From Polaromonas sp. (GTDB taxonomy: Bacteria; Pseudomonadota; Gammaproteobacteria; Burkholderiales; Burkholderiaceae_C), in assembly GCF_030682935.1 (NCBI RefSeq), contig NZ_JAUXNA010000103.1, forward strand, positions 5,409-69,408: a DNA stretch of 64,000 bases. The letters run 5' to 3'. The translations under genes and the position numbers were made by a program. Of this stretch, positions 47,293 to 58,600 are shown in pieces. Under the pieces are notes generated by a model. The model searched no databases. It saw only the letters and a list, made by a program, of their open reading frames with translations, and was not told the origin of the DNA. The first letter of the stretch is position 1, and each line of letters opens with the position of its first letter.

Positions 47293-48290
47293 CAAGAACT
47301 CTCTGAATGCTCTCTGCGACGCTGGCGCAGGGTTTCGCGCAGCGCCTCAACACCCACTTGCCATTGCAGGGTTGGTTCGCGCGCCTGGGCTTGCTGTGAA
47401 GTGTCGCAAGCGCTCAGACACTGACCGCACTGCACGCAAGAGAACATCAGGCGTTTGATGTTGCGGGGATTGAGCCGCATCGGACAAGCGTTGTCACAAG
47501 CAGAGCCTCTTGGCGGGTCGCAAGTCTTGCAATCCCGTGCGCGATCCCGTGCAAACGCAACCACCATGCCGCGCGGGTTGGCCATCCAGGCCAAACTTTG
47601 AAACAAGCCCACGGCGCAGCCAAAGCGACAAAACAAATGCCTGGCGAAGGCAAATTCCGCAGTCAATACCAGGCTGCCTATCACAATGAAGCGCGTCTGG
47701 TTGGGGGTCAATGTGCCCTGTATCAGGCCACCCCAGATCACTGTTGGCGGCAGCAGATACGTCAAGAGTGTGATGGCCCACAGGAAGCCCATCAACGCGC
47801 AACTCAGGGCAAAAAGCGGCCACCAGCGGGCCTTGGGCTTCACGTTGACGCGTGGTGTCGTGCCGCGGTCCCACAGGCTGAGTTTGCCGGAGGCACGATG
47901 TAAAAAGTTATTGAGCAACTCAACCGCTGAAAAATGGGGGCATAGCCAGCCACAGTAGAGGCGGCCATAGCGGTAAGCAATGCCCAGAAATACGGTGACG
48001 AACACGATCGCCGGCAAAAATGCGCGCAGCAAAATGCTGATGCCCGCTTGCGTGGCATTGATTTCGCCGCTGGCAAGGGCACCGATTCCCAGCGACCAGC
48101 GCATTCCCATAAACCATAATTGTGTATCGTACAGGTCAAAGCGCAGCAAATTCAGCGCCGGCGCCAGAACGAACAGAAGGAAGAACACGGCCTGCGCTGC
48201 ACGGCGTGATTTTTGAAGTTGCCCAGGCCTGGTTCTAGCCCGGGCCGAGGTTTCCAGCGTCGCGGCCAGGGGCGAAAGATCAGGGGGCAT
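47292..48290 (-). CDS. Membrane 4Fe-4S protein, FixG/CcoG/NapH-like
   Basis: GRLYCGWLCP, FCRFGC, CKTC..C...CP, CVQCGQCLSAC; several TM segments. Confidence 0.85.
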   Translation of the reverse strand: MPPDLSPLAATLETSARARTRPGQLQKSRRAAQAVFFLLFVLAPALNLLRFDLYDTQLWFMGMRWSLGIGALASGEINATQAGISILLRAFLPAIVFVTVFLGIAYRYGRLYCGWLCPHFSAVELLNNFLHRASGKLSLWDRGTTPRVNVKPKARWWPLFALSCALMGFLWAITLLTYLLPPTVIWGGLIQGTLTPNQTRFIVIGSLVLTAEFAFARHLFCRFGCAVGLFQSLAWMANPRGMVVAFARDRARDCKTCDPPRGSACDNACPMRLNPRNIKRLMFSCVQCGQCLSACDTSQQAQAREPTLQWQVGVEALRETLRQRRREHSESS

Positions 48291-49074
48291 CGCCAACCAG
48301 GGCGCGCACGACCTCACCCAGGGCTTCGGCGGTCGCGGTGTCGTCCGTCAGGGCGTCAATAATGGCGGCTCTACAGGCCCCCTGCAGTGACAAACCAGAA
48401 GCCACCAGACGGCCTGCCGAAACGAGCAGCCGGGTGCTGGCGGTTTCCTCCAGGTCGTACTCTGTCAGGCATCGCAAAGACTTTGCCAGTTGAACCAGTT
48501 GGGTTGCGCATGGCGTCGAAACGCCGGTTTCAGCCTGGACAATGGCGATCTCGACCTCAGGAACCGGATAGCTCATGCTTAACGCCAAAAAGCGTTGCCG
48601 GGTGCTGGGTTTAAGGCCCTTGAGCAAATTCTGGTAGCCCGGGTTGTAGGAAATCACCAACATGAATTCAGGCGGTGCCGCGAGTTGTTCACCGGTTCGT
48701 TCGATCGGCAGTATGCGCCGGTCATCGGCCAGCGGATGCAGCACAACGGTGGTGTCTTTGCGCGCCTCCACCACTTCATCGAGGTAGCAAATGGCGCCAC
48801 TGCGCACTGCGCGGGCCAGCGGGCCGTCAGACCACACGGTGTTGCCGTTGCCAATCAAAAAACGGCCGACCAGGTCTGCGGCGCTGAGATCGTCATGGCA
48901 CGACACTGTGACAAGAGGCCGCCCCAACCGGGCGGCCATGTGTTCGACGAACCGGGTTTTGCCACAACCGGTGGGGCCTTTGATGAGAAGCGGCAACTGC
49001 TTTTTCCACGCATGCTCAAAGAGGTCGCACTCGTTGCCCTGCTCTGCGTAGAACGGTAGGGTTGCCGCCTGCAT
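48280..49074 (-). CDS. norQ: MoxR-type AAA+ ATPase NorQ
   Basis: KGPTGCGKTRF, YLDEVVEAR, SYNPGYQ, LKPSTRQRF. Confidence 0.93.
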   Translation of the reverse strand: MQAATLPFYAEQGNECDLFEHAWKKQLPLLIKGPTGCGKTRFVEHMAARLGRPLVTVSCHDDLSAADLVGRFLIGNGNTVWSDGPLARAVRSGAICYLDEVVEARKDTTVVLHPLADDRRILPIERTGEQLAAPPEFMLVISYNPGYQNLLKGLKPSTRQRFLALSMSYPVPEVEIAIVQAETGVSTPCATQLVQLAKSLRCLTEYDLEETASTRLLVSAGRLVASGLSLQGACRAAIIDALTDDTATAEALGEVVRALVGDAP

Positions 49075-49078
49075 CACC

Positions 49079-50539
<1,461 letters not shown>

Positions 50540-50557
50540 TCAGACGTGCCTCAACGT

Positions 50558-50995
50558 TCAGCCTTCAATATTGGGAGGCCATTTTTCGGTGTTCACGTTG
50601 TTCGTCCAACGCAAGAACTCCACCATGTCATCAAGTTGCGCATCCGTGAAATTGAACTGCGGCATTTGTCGGCGTCCCGGGGTCTGGGTGGGTTGAGCCT
50701 TGATCCATGCCTTGATGAACTCGCCGCCACGGCGTTTGTACACGTTGCCCAGTTCGGGCGCAAAATATGCGCCTTCACCCAACAGGGTGTGGCAGCCGAT
50801 GCAGTTGCGCGTTTCCCAAAGTCCCTTGCCGCGCACCACCGCCGGTGTAATGGCCTCCGCATTGGATCTGAATGGGATTTTTCGCTCGCTGTCAAATATG
50901 AGTGCGGCAAACACGAATATGAAGAATACGGACCCTCCGTAAAACATGTTGCGGGCCATTTGCTTGGTGAACCCGCTGGCTTTGACCTGATTCAT
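50558..50995 (-). CDS. norC: Nitric oxide reductase cytochrome c subunit
   Basis: ARN.FYGG TM, CIGCHTLLGEGAYFAPEL, RRQMPQF, WPPNIEG. Confidence 0.96.
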   Translation of the reverse strand: MNQVKASGFTKQMARNMFYGGSVFFIFVFAALIFDSERKIPFRSNAEAITPAVVRGKGLWETRNCIGCHTLLGEGAYFAPELGNVYKRRGGEFIKAWIKAQPTQTPGRRQMPQFNFTDAQLDDMVEFLRWTNNVNTEKWPPNIEG

Positions 50996-51055
50996 TTTCT
51001 GAACTCCTGAAATGTGTATCTCGTTGAAGAGTACCGTTTACATGCCAGTCAGTCC

Positions 51056-51069
51056 TTGACCCGGTTCAA
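51056..51069. promoter_or_regulatory. FNR/DNR-type box upstream of norC
   Basis: TTGAC-CCGG-TTCAA, about 60 bp upstream of the start codon. Confidence 0.75.
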
Positions 51070-51102
51070 GAATTTATCCGAATCTGTGATTTTTATAGCC
51101 AG

Positions 51103-51840
51103 TTAGGGGGTGGGTCTGCCCGGAGTGCCGAGGTTGGCATAACTGTCGTCGATTTCATTGAACACGGGACTGGAAATCGAATCTTCGATCGCCTGGTAAG
51201 GACCTGTACCGCTGTGGGAGGCCGTGGACGCCGGAACAAACTCGCCGCTTTTGACATCGAAGACATGGACCTCGCCTTCTTCAATCACGTAATGCCAGCC
51301 GTGCAGCGTGAGCCTTCCACCCTCCACTTCACGCCGGACAAAGGGGTAGTCCATCAGGCGTTCGAGCTGCAACACTACCGAGCGCTGCTCGGTGCGGCGC
51401 ATCGCCTCGGGGCTGGGCTGCACCGGCAGCAAGGCCTCGCGGGCCAGCTTGAGCCAGGCCTGCAGCGCCACGGCTTCCTCGGGCACGCCTTCATAGGCGG
51501 CACGAATGGCCCCGCAATGGCTGTGGCCGCAGACGATGATGCGTTCCACCTGCAGGGTCAGCACCGCGTACTCAATCGCGGCCATGGTGCCGTGCAAGCC
51601 GTGCGAGCCGTCATAGGGCGGAATGAACGCGCCCACGTTGCGCACAATAAACAACTCGCCCGGCCCCGTGCCGGTCAGCAGATAGGGCACCAGACGCGAG
51701 TCCGAGCATCCAATAAACAGCGTCTTGGGATGCTGGCCCCGCGCCACCAGGTCCTGAAAGCGCTGCTGGTGCAGGGGAAAGTAATCGGATTGAAAACGCC
51801 GCAAACGCAACAGCAGTTCGTCGGCGGCGCCCTCGCTCAT
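51103..51840 (-). CDS. Beta-class carbonic anhydrase
   Basis: FIGCSDSR, PGELFIVRNVG, VCGHSHCGAI, LHGWHY. Confidence 0.92.
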   Translation of the reverse strand: MSEGAADELLLRLRRFQSDYFPLHQQRFQDLVARGQHPKTLFIGCSDSRLVPYLLTGTGPGELFIVRNVGAFIPPYDGSHGLHGTMAAIEYAVLTLQVERIIVCGHSHCGAIRAAYEGVPEEAVALQAWLKLAREALLPVQPSPEAMRRTEQRSVVLQLERLMDYPFVRREVEGGRLTLHGWHYVIEEGEVHVFDVKSGEFVPASTASHSGTGPYQAIEDSISSPVFNEIDDSYANLGTPGRPTP

Positions 51841-52715
51841 TGCACCAGAGGCGAATCGGCCCCTTCCAACGCGATGCCTTCCACCAGCGCCTGTCCCACC
51901 AGCAGCGTCATGTACTGGTGCAGCGCCCTGGCACGCGACTGCATGGTCAACAGGGCGGCAATGCGCTCGCGCACTTCCTCATAGGCTGGCTGCTTGCCGA
52001 CACGGCGATTCAGCACCTCGATGATGTGGAAACCGAAGCGCGTGTGCGTGAGACGTGGATGCACCCCCATGCCCCACTGCGAATGCTTCTGGTGAAACAG
52101 TTCGTTGGCCAGCTCGGGGGCGCAGTCGTCAGGACCAATCCAGCCCAAGTCACCCCCTTGGGCACTGGTGGGACAGTTCGACAGCTCGGCCGCCAGTTGG
52201 GCAAAGCGATCCGGGTGAGCATCCTTGCGGGTGAGTTCCAGCAAGGCTGTCTCAGCATGGACCGTCAGGGCATGGACGTTGACGCCAGGCGTCACGGCAA
52301 ACAGGATGTGCCGTACATGCAGCGCCTGTCCAACCATGAATTGCGGCTTGTTGGCTTCGTAATAGCGCCCGCACTCCTCTTCGCCAGGCTGGGGGGTCAC
52401 CACCTCCCGGTCCACCATGGCCTCAATGACCTTGCGCTCGGCCTCGCCAAGCTCGGGCGCCGTCAGTCCGGTGTGGCGCGGCAGCAGGCCTGCCAGCACC
52501 GCCTGCTGGCGCAGCAGTTCGGAATAAGCCGATTCACGCAGCGTGGCCGTGTCCGGGCGCTGCCCCGGCGCATGCAAGGCAATGCCGTTGACATACGCCA
52601 TGGTGGGTGCTGCAGTAGCAGTGGCGACGGCATCACCGGCCGTGCTCGCGCACTGGCAGGCGCCGCTGCCGCAGCCCCCGGACACGGCAGCAGGTGTGGA
52701 AGTTGGTGCGTTCAT
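51837..52715 (-). CDS. PpiC-type peptidyl-prolyl isomerase (nar-associated, NifM-like)
   Basis: VRHILFA, F..LA...S.CP....GGDLG, TRFGFHII; Cys-rich N-terminus. Confidence 0.88.
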   Translation of the reverse strand: MNAPTSTPAAVSGGCGSGACQCASTAGDAVATATAAPTMAYVNGIALHAPGQRPDTATLRESAYSELLRQQAVLAGLLPRHTGLTAPELGEAERKVIEAMVDREVVTPQPGEEECGRYYEANKPQFMVGQALHVRHILFAVTPGVNVHALTVHAETALLELTRKDAHPDRFAQLAAELSNCPTSAQGGDLGWIGPDDCAPELANELFHQKHSQWGMGVHPRLTHTRFGFHIIEVLNRRVGKQPAYEEVRERIAALLTMQSRARALHQYMTLLVGQALVEGIALEGADSPLVQ

Positions 52716-52740
52716 GAAATGACCTTCTGGTGACGACGTT

Positions 52741-53460
52741 TTAACGGTTGCCATGCGACTTGGGGGCGGGGACACCGAGACGGCGGCTGCGCACGATCTG
52801 GTACGGACGCACGAGATAGGCCACAGAGCCAAACCCGCTCCACACATGCACCAGGCGGGTGAACGGAAAGATCAGGAAGATCGACATGCCCAGGAACATG
52901 TGCGCCTTGAAGACCCAGCCCGCCTCTGCCAGCAGTTCTGGCGCGCCGGCCTGGAAGGTCACGATGGACTGCGCCCAGCCGGCCAGCTTCATCATCATGC
53001 TGCCGTCCAGGTGCTGTGCCGACAGGGGAATCGTGGCCAGGCCGAGCGCCAGCTGAAGCCAGAGCAGCCACAGCAGCACAATGTCGCTGGTTTTGGAGTT
53101 GACACGAATCCGCGGGTCAGACAGGCGACGGTGCAGCAAAATGGAGACGCCGATGAACCCGAGCAGACCAAACAGACCGCCTGAGGTCATGGCCACCACC
53201 TGCTTGGCACCCGCGCCGATGAAGGGCTCGTAGATGAAGTGCGGCGTCAGCATGCCGAAGGTGTGTCCGAAGAACAGAAACAGCACGCCGACGTGAAACA
53301 GGTTGCTGCCCCAGCGCAACTGGCCGGCGCGCAGCAGTTGCGAGGAATCGCTCTTCCAGGTGTACTGGTCGCGGTCGAAGCGGATCAGGCTGCCGAGCAG
53401 GAACACCGTCAGGCAGATGTAGGGGTAGATGCCAAAAAGAAAATCGTTCAGCGAAGTCAT
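52741..53460 (-). CDS. narI: Respiratory nitrate reductase gamma subunit
   Basis: YPY, QYTWKSDSSQ, LFH.G..GH, H..LG...F..FPFTRLVHVWS. Confidence 0.96.
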   Translation of the reverse strand: MTSLNDFLFGIYPYICLTVFLLGSLIRFDRDQYTWKSDSSQLLRAGQLRWGSNLFHVGVLFLFFGHTFGMLTPHFIYEPFIGAGAKQVVAMTSGGLFGLLGFIGVSILLHRRLSDPRIRVNSKTSDIVLLWLLWLQLALGLATIPLSAQHLDGSMMMKLAGWAQSIVTFQAGAPELLAEAGWVFKAHMFLGMSIFLIFPFTRLVHVWSGFGSVAYLVRPYQIVRSRRLGVPAPKSHGNR

Positions 53461-54152
53461 GCTTGCGCTCCTTCTATAGGACGTCCCTTGCGGACGATGT
53501 GAATCGGTTGCGGCTGGTCAGGCCTGGCCTGGCCCTTGGACGAGCAGCCGTCAAAAACGAGCGGCTCTTCCCAGGCCGCGTCTATCGGCTCTTCGGCGGC
53601 GACTTGCACCGGCTGGGCTTTTTCGCCGGCCAGCTCCAGCAGCGCGCCCAGCACGCAGGCGTAAGCGCTGCCGCGTTGCTGCAGCGCCGAAAAAATCGCG
53701 TTGAAAATATGCGCCATCTCGGCCAGGAACTCGCGCGCCTCGCGTGGCGGCTGCGTCGAGGTGAATTCGAGCACCACCGGCAGGAAGTCGGGCATCTCGC
53801 CTTCGGCCAGGTACATGCCTGCCTTCTCGTAGGTCTGCGCCAGGTCGATCATGGCCGGCCCACGGTCGCGCGAGTCGCCGTGCACATGCTCGAACAGGTG
53901 CAGCGAGGTGGCGCGGCCACGGTCAAAGAGTTCCACATAGGCGGCTTCGGTGTCGAGCGGCTCTGGATGCGCCAGCGAATCGATCAAGGCGTCAAGTTCG
54001 GCCAGCCGCTGCGGCGGCAGTGCGCGCTCGCCGTGCAACGCTTGGCGAAGTTCCGCGAGGTTGCCGCGCAGCTCGGCGTCGGGATAACCGAGCAGCCGGG
54101 CCAGCACGCGCAGGCTCTTGGACGCCACCGGAGGGTTGTTAAAAAGTGCCAT
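53457..54152 (-). CDS. narJ: Nitrate reductase molybdenum cofactor assembly chaperone
   Basis: YVELFDRGR.TSLHLFEHVHGDSRDRG, EMPDFLP. Confidence 0.95.
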   Translation of the reverse strand: MALFNNPPVASKSLRVLARLLGYPDAELRGNLAELRQALHGERALPPQRLAELDALIDSLAHPEPLDTEAAYVELFDRGRATSLHLFEHVHGDSRDRGPAMIDLAQTYEKAGMYLAEGEMPDFLPVVLEFTSTQPPREAREFLAEMAHIFNAIFSALQQRGSAYACVLGALLELAGEKAQPVQVAAEEPIDAAWEEPLVFDGCSSKGQARPDQPQPIHIVRKGRPIEGAQA

Positions 54153-54155
54153 GTC

Positions 54156-55688
54156 TCAGACCTCCACCTTGATGGGAATAGTGCGTTTTTTGTTGCCGCC
54201 AAACAGGCTGACGTCGCTGGCGCCGTCGGAGCAACCGTTGCCGAACGTAAAGCCACAACCTCCGCGCATATCGAACGCGTTTTCGGCGTATTCGCGGTGG
54301 CTGCTCGGGATCACGAAGCGGTCTTCGTAGTTGGCGATCGCCATGATGTGGTACATGTCCTCGACCTCGGCCACGGTGAGACCGGCTTGCTCCAGCACGG
54401 CCAGGTTCTGTACCTGGTCCACATGCTTGCTGCGCTGGTAGGAGCGCATGGCCAGCATGCGCTGGAGCGAACGAATCACCGGCGCGGTGTCACCCGCCGT
54501 CAGCAGGTTGGCCAGGTACTGCACGGGAATGCGCATCTGGGCGATGTCCGGCAGCTCGCCGTTGATGCCAATATGGCCTGCATTGGCCGCAGCGCTGATG
54601 GGCGACAGCGGCGGCACATACCAGACCATGGGCAGCGTGCGGTATTCGGGGTGAAGCGGCAAGGCCACCTTCCACTCCACGGCCATCTTGTAGACCGGGC
54701 TCTTGCGCGCGCCTTCGAGCCAGGCCTCGGGAATGCCATCCAGACGGGCCTGTGCGATCACCTTCGGATCGTGCGGGTTCAGGAAGATGTCGAGCTGCGC
54801 CTGGTACAGGTCCTTGTCGTCTTCCACGCTGGCCGCTTCCTGGATGCGGTCGGCGTCATACAGCACCACACCGAGGTAACGGATGCGTCCGACGCAGGTT
54901 TCGCTGCACACCGTGGGCTGGCCGGCCTCGATACGCGGGTAGCAAAAGGTGCACTTCTCGGCCTTGCCGCTCTTCCAGTTGTAGTAAATCTTTTTGTACG
55001 GGCAACCCGAAACGCACATGCGCCAGCCCCGGCACTTGTCCTGGTCGATCAGCACGATGCCGTCTTCCTCGCGCTTGTAGATCGAGCCCGAGGGGCAGGA
55101 CGCCACGCAGGTCGGGTTCAGGCAGTGCTCGCACAGGCGCGGCAGATACATCATGAAGGTGTTTTCAAACTGGCCGACCATGTCCTTCTGGACCTGGTCA
55201 AAGTTGGCCAGGTTGGCGTCCTTGCTGCGCTTGGAAAACTCGCCGCCGAGGATTTCTTCCCAGTTCGGACCCCATTCGATTTTTTCCATGCGCTTGCCGG
55301 TGATCAGGCTGCGCGGCCGCGCGGTCGGCGTGGCCTTCATTTCGGGCGCCGACTGCAGGTGGTCGTAGTCGAAGGTGAAGGGCTCGTAGTAGTCGTCAAT
55401 CTGCGGCATGTTCGGATTCGCGAAGAGGCGCATCAAGAGCTTCCACTTGCCACCCTGGCGCGGCTCGATCGAGCCATCGCTCTTGCGAACCCAGCCGCCG
55501 TTCCATTTGTCCTGGTTTTCCCACTCCTTGGGGTAACCAATGCCGGGCTTGGTCTCGACGTTGTTGAACCAGGCGTATTCCATGCCAGGACGGCTGGTCC
55601 AGACGTTCTTGCAGGTGACGGAACAGGTGTGGCAACCGATGCACTTGTCCAGGTTCAGCACCATGCCGATTTGAGCGCGTATTTTCAT
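54156..55688 (-). CDS. narH: Respiratory nitrate reductase beta subunit
   Basis: NLDKCIGCHTCSVTCK, CEHCLNP.C...CP, CRGWRMC.SGCP, C.FC. Confidence 0.97.
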   Translation of the reverse strand: MKIRAQIGMVLNLDKCIGCHTCSVTCKNVWTSRPGMEYAWFNNVETKPGIGYPKEWENQDKWNGGWVRKSDGSIEPRQGGKWKLLMRLFANPNMPQIDDYYEPFTFDYDHLQSAPEMKATPTARPRSLITGKRMEKIEWGPNWEEILGGEFSKRSKDANLANFDQVQKDMVGQFENTFMMYLPRLCEHCLNPTCVASCPSGSIYKREEDGIVLIDQDKCRGWRMCVSGCPYKKIYYNWKSGKAEKCTFCYPRIEAGQPTVCSETCVGRIRYLGVVLYDADRIQEAASVEDDKDLYQAQLDIFLNPHDPKVIAQARLDGIPEAWLEGARKSPVYKMAVEWKVALPLHPEYRTLPMVWYVPPLSPISAAANAGHIGINGELPDIAQMRIPVQYLANLLTAGDTAPVIRSLQRMLAMRSYQRSKHVDQVQNLAVLEQAGLTVAEVEDMYHIMAIANYEDRFVIPSSHREYAENAFDMRGGCGFTFGNGCSDGASDVSLFGGNKKRTIPIKVEV

Positions 55689-55699
55689 CTCTGTTCTCC

Positions 55700-58600
55700 T
55701 TAGGCGTGGGCTTCGGTCGAGGTCGAGCTGGGTTCGTCGTCCAGCCAGTCAATCTTGTCCATCTTGCGAACAACCACAAACTCGTCGCGGTTGGTGCCAA
55801 TGGTTCCGTAGTAGTTGAAGCCGTAGCTGAACTGGGCGTAGCCACCGATCATGTGGGTCGGTTTGAGCACGATGCGTGTCACCGAGTTGTGGATGCCGCC
55901 GCGAATGCCGGTGATTTCCGAGCCCGGGGTGTTGATGATTTTCTCCTGGGCGTGGTACATCATGACCATGCCATTGTTCACCCGCTGGCTCACCACCGCG
56001 CGGGCCGCAATGGCGCCGTTGATGTTGAACAGCTCGACCCAATCGTTGTCCACAATGCCGGCACTCTTGGCATCGTCCTCGCTAAGCCAGATGACCGGCC
56101 CGCCGCGATTGAGCGTGAGCATCATCAGGTTGTCACTGTAGGTGGAGTGAATGCCCCACTTCTGGTGCGGCGTAATGAAGTTCAGCAAAATTTCGGTATT
56201 GCCATTGGGCTTGATGCCATGAATACCAGCGGTGGTTTTCAAATCGACCGGCGGACGGTAGCTGGTGAAGCCTTCGCCGAAAGCAGTCATCCAGGGATGG
56301 TCCATGTAGAACTGCTGGCGACCGGTCAGCGTGCGCCAGGGGATCATCTCGTGCACGTTGGTGTAGCCCGCGTTGTAGGACACGGTCTCGGATTCGATGC
56401 CGCTCCAGGTCGGTGAGCTGATGATCTTGCGCGGCTGGGCCTGGATGTCGCGGAAGCGGATTTTCTCGTCTTCGCGGTGGATCGCCAGGTGGGTGTGGTC
56501 CAGGCCGGTCTGCTTGCCCAGGGCCTGCCAGGCCTTGACGGCGACATGGCCATTGGTCTCCGGCGCGAGCTGCAGCACGACTTCGCAGGCATCGATGTCG
56601 GTCTCGATCTTCGGCATGCCGCAGGTCACGCCCTCGGCCGTATGGAAGCCATTGAGTTCGCCCAGTTGCTTCACCTCGGTCTGGGTGTTCCAGTTGATGC
56701 CTTTGCCGCCATTGCCCACTTTGTTCATCAGGGGGCCCAGGGCCGTGAAGCGCTTGTACACGTTGGGGTAGTCGCGTTCGACCACGGCCATGTTGGGCGC
56801 TGTCTTGCCGGGAATCAGGTCAATCTCCCCTTTGCTCCACTCTTTCACGCCGAAGGGCTGGGCCAGCTCGGCGGGGGTGTCGTGCATCAGGGGCGTCAGC
56901 ACCATCTCGCGTTCCACGCCCAGGTGGCCCACGCACACTTCGCTGAATTTCTTGGCAAAGCCCTTGTAGATGTCCCAGTCGCTACGGGACTGCCAGGCCG
57001 GGTCCACCGCGGTGGACAGCGGGTGAATGAAGGGGTGCATGTCGCTGGTGTTGAGGTCGTTCTTCTCATACCAGGTGGCGGTGGGCAGCACGATGTCGGA
57101 GTACAGGCCGGCGGTGCGCATGCGGAAGTCCAGTGTCTCCTGCAGGTCAAGCTTGCCCTCGGGCGCCTTGTCGGGCCACACCACTTCGGTGGGTTTGGCA
57201 TCGTCCTTGCCGAGGTCCTTGCCCTGCACGCCGTGGCTGGTGCCCAGCAGGTGCTTGAGGAAGTACTCGTGGCCTTTGCCGCTGGAACCCAGGATGTTGG
57301 AGCGCCACACGAACAAGTTGCTCGGCCAGTTGTCCGGGTGGTCCGGGTCTTCGCAGCTCATCTTGAGTGAGCCGTCCTTGAGCGACTTGACGACATAATC
57401 TTTCGCATCCAGGCCCTGGGCCTGCGCGTCCTTCACCACCTGCATCGGATTCGTCTGCAGCTGCGGTGCGCTCGGCAGCCAGCCCATGCGCTCGGCGCGC
57501 ACGTTGTAGTCGATCATGCTGCCGCCGAACATTTTCTTGTCGGCCAGAGGCGAGAGCACCTCCTCCATGCCCAGCTTCTCGTAGCGCCACTGGTCGGTGT
57601 GGGCGTAGAAGAAGCTGGTGGAGTTCATCTGCCGCGGCGGGCGGATCCAGTCCAGCGCGAAGGCCAGCGCGGTCCAGCCGGTCTGCGGACGCAGTTTTTC
57701 CTGGCCCACGTAGTGCGCCCAGCCGCCGCCGCTCTGGCCGATGCAGCCGCACATCATCAGCATGTTGATGACGCCGCGGTAGTTCATGTCGCTGTGGTAC
57801 CAGTGGTTCATGGCCGCGCCGATGATGACCATGGATTTGCCATGCGTCTTGTCGGCGTTCTCGGCAAACTGGCGGGCCACGGTGATGAGCTGCTCGCGCG
57901 GCGTGCCCGTGATGCGCTCCTGCCATGCGGGCGTGTACGGGGTGTCGTCGTCAAAGCTCTTGGCCGCCAGCTCGCCTGGCAGGCCGCGCGCCACCCCGTA
58001 GTTGGCCACCTGCAGGTCAAACACGGTGGCGACCAGGGCCTCGCGCTGCTCGCCGGCCTTGCCGAGGGAAATGCGCTGCACCGGCACGGTGCGCACCAGC
58101 ACATCGTTGCTGCCGGCGCCGGTCGCATTGTTCGGGAAGTGCTCGCTGACGATGCCACCGAAGTAGGGGAAACCGACCTTGGCGGTCTCAAGGCTTGGGT
58201 TCTCACCCTCCATCACGGACAGCTTGAGTTTGACCTCGTTGCCATGCAAGGCTTCCTTCGCTTCGAGGTTCCATTGCCCCTCGTCGGCCCGGCCGTCAGG
58301 ACCCCAGCGGAAACCGATGGCGCCGTTGGGCAGCACCACCTTGCCGCTGTCGTCAATGGCAACGGTTTTCCAGTCGGGGTTGTTGGCCTGGCCGAGATTG
58401 CCGTTGAAATCCGATGCGCGCACATAGCGGTCGGGCACCATGACGGTCTCGCCGCTGGGCAGCTGGTGTTCCTTGAGCATGACCAGCATGGGCATGTCGG
58501 TGTAGCGGCGCACGTAGTTGTCAAAGTAGGCGCTGCGCGGCTTTCCGCCATCGGGGAAGTAGAACTCCTTGAGAATGACGTGGCCCATCGCCATGGCGAC

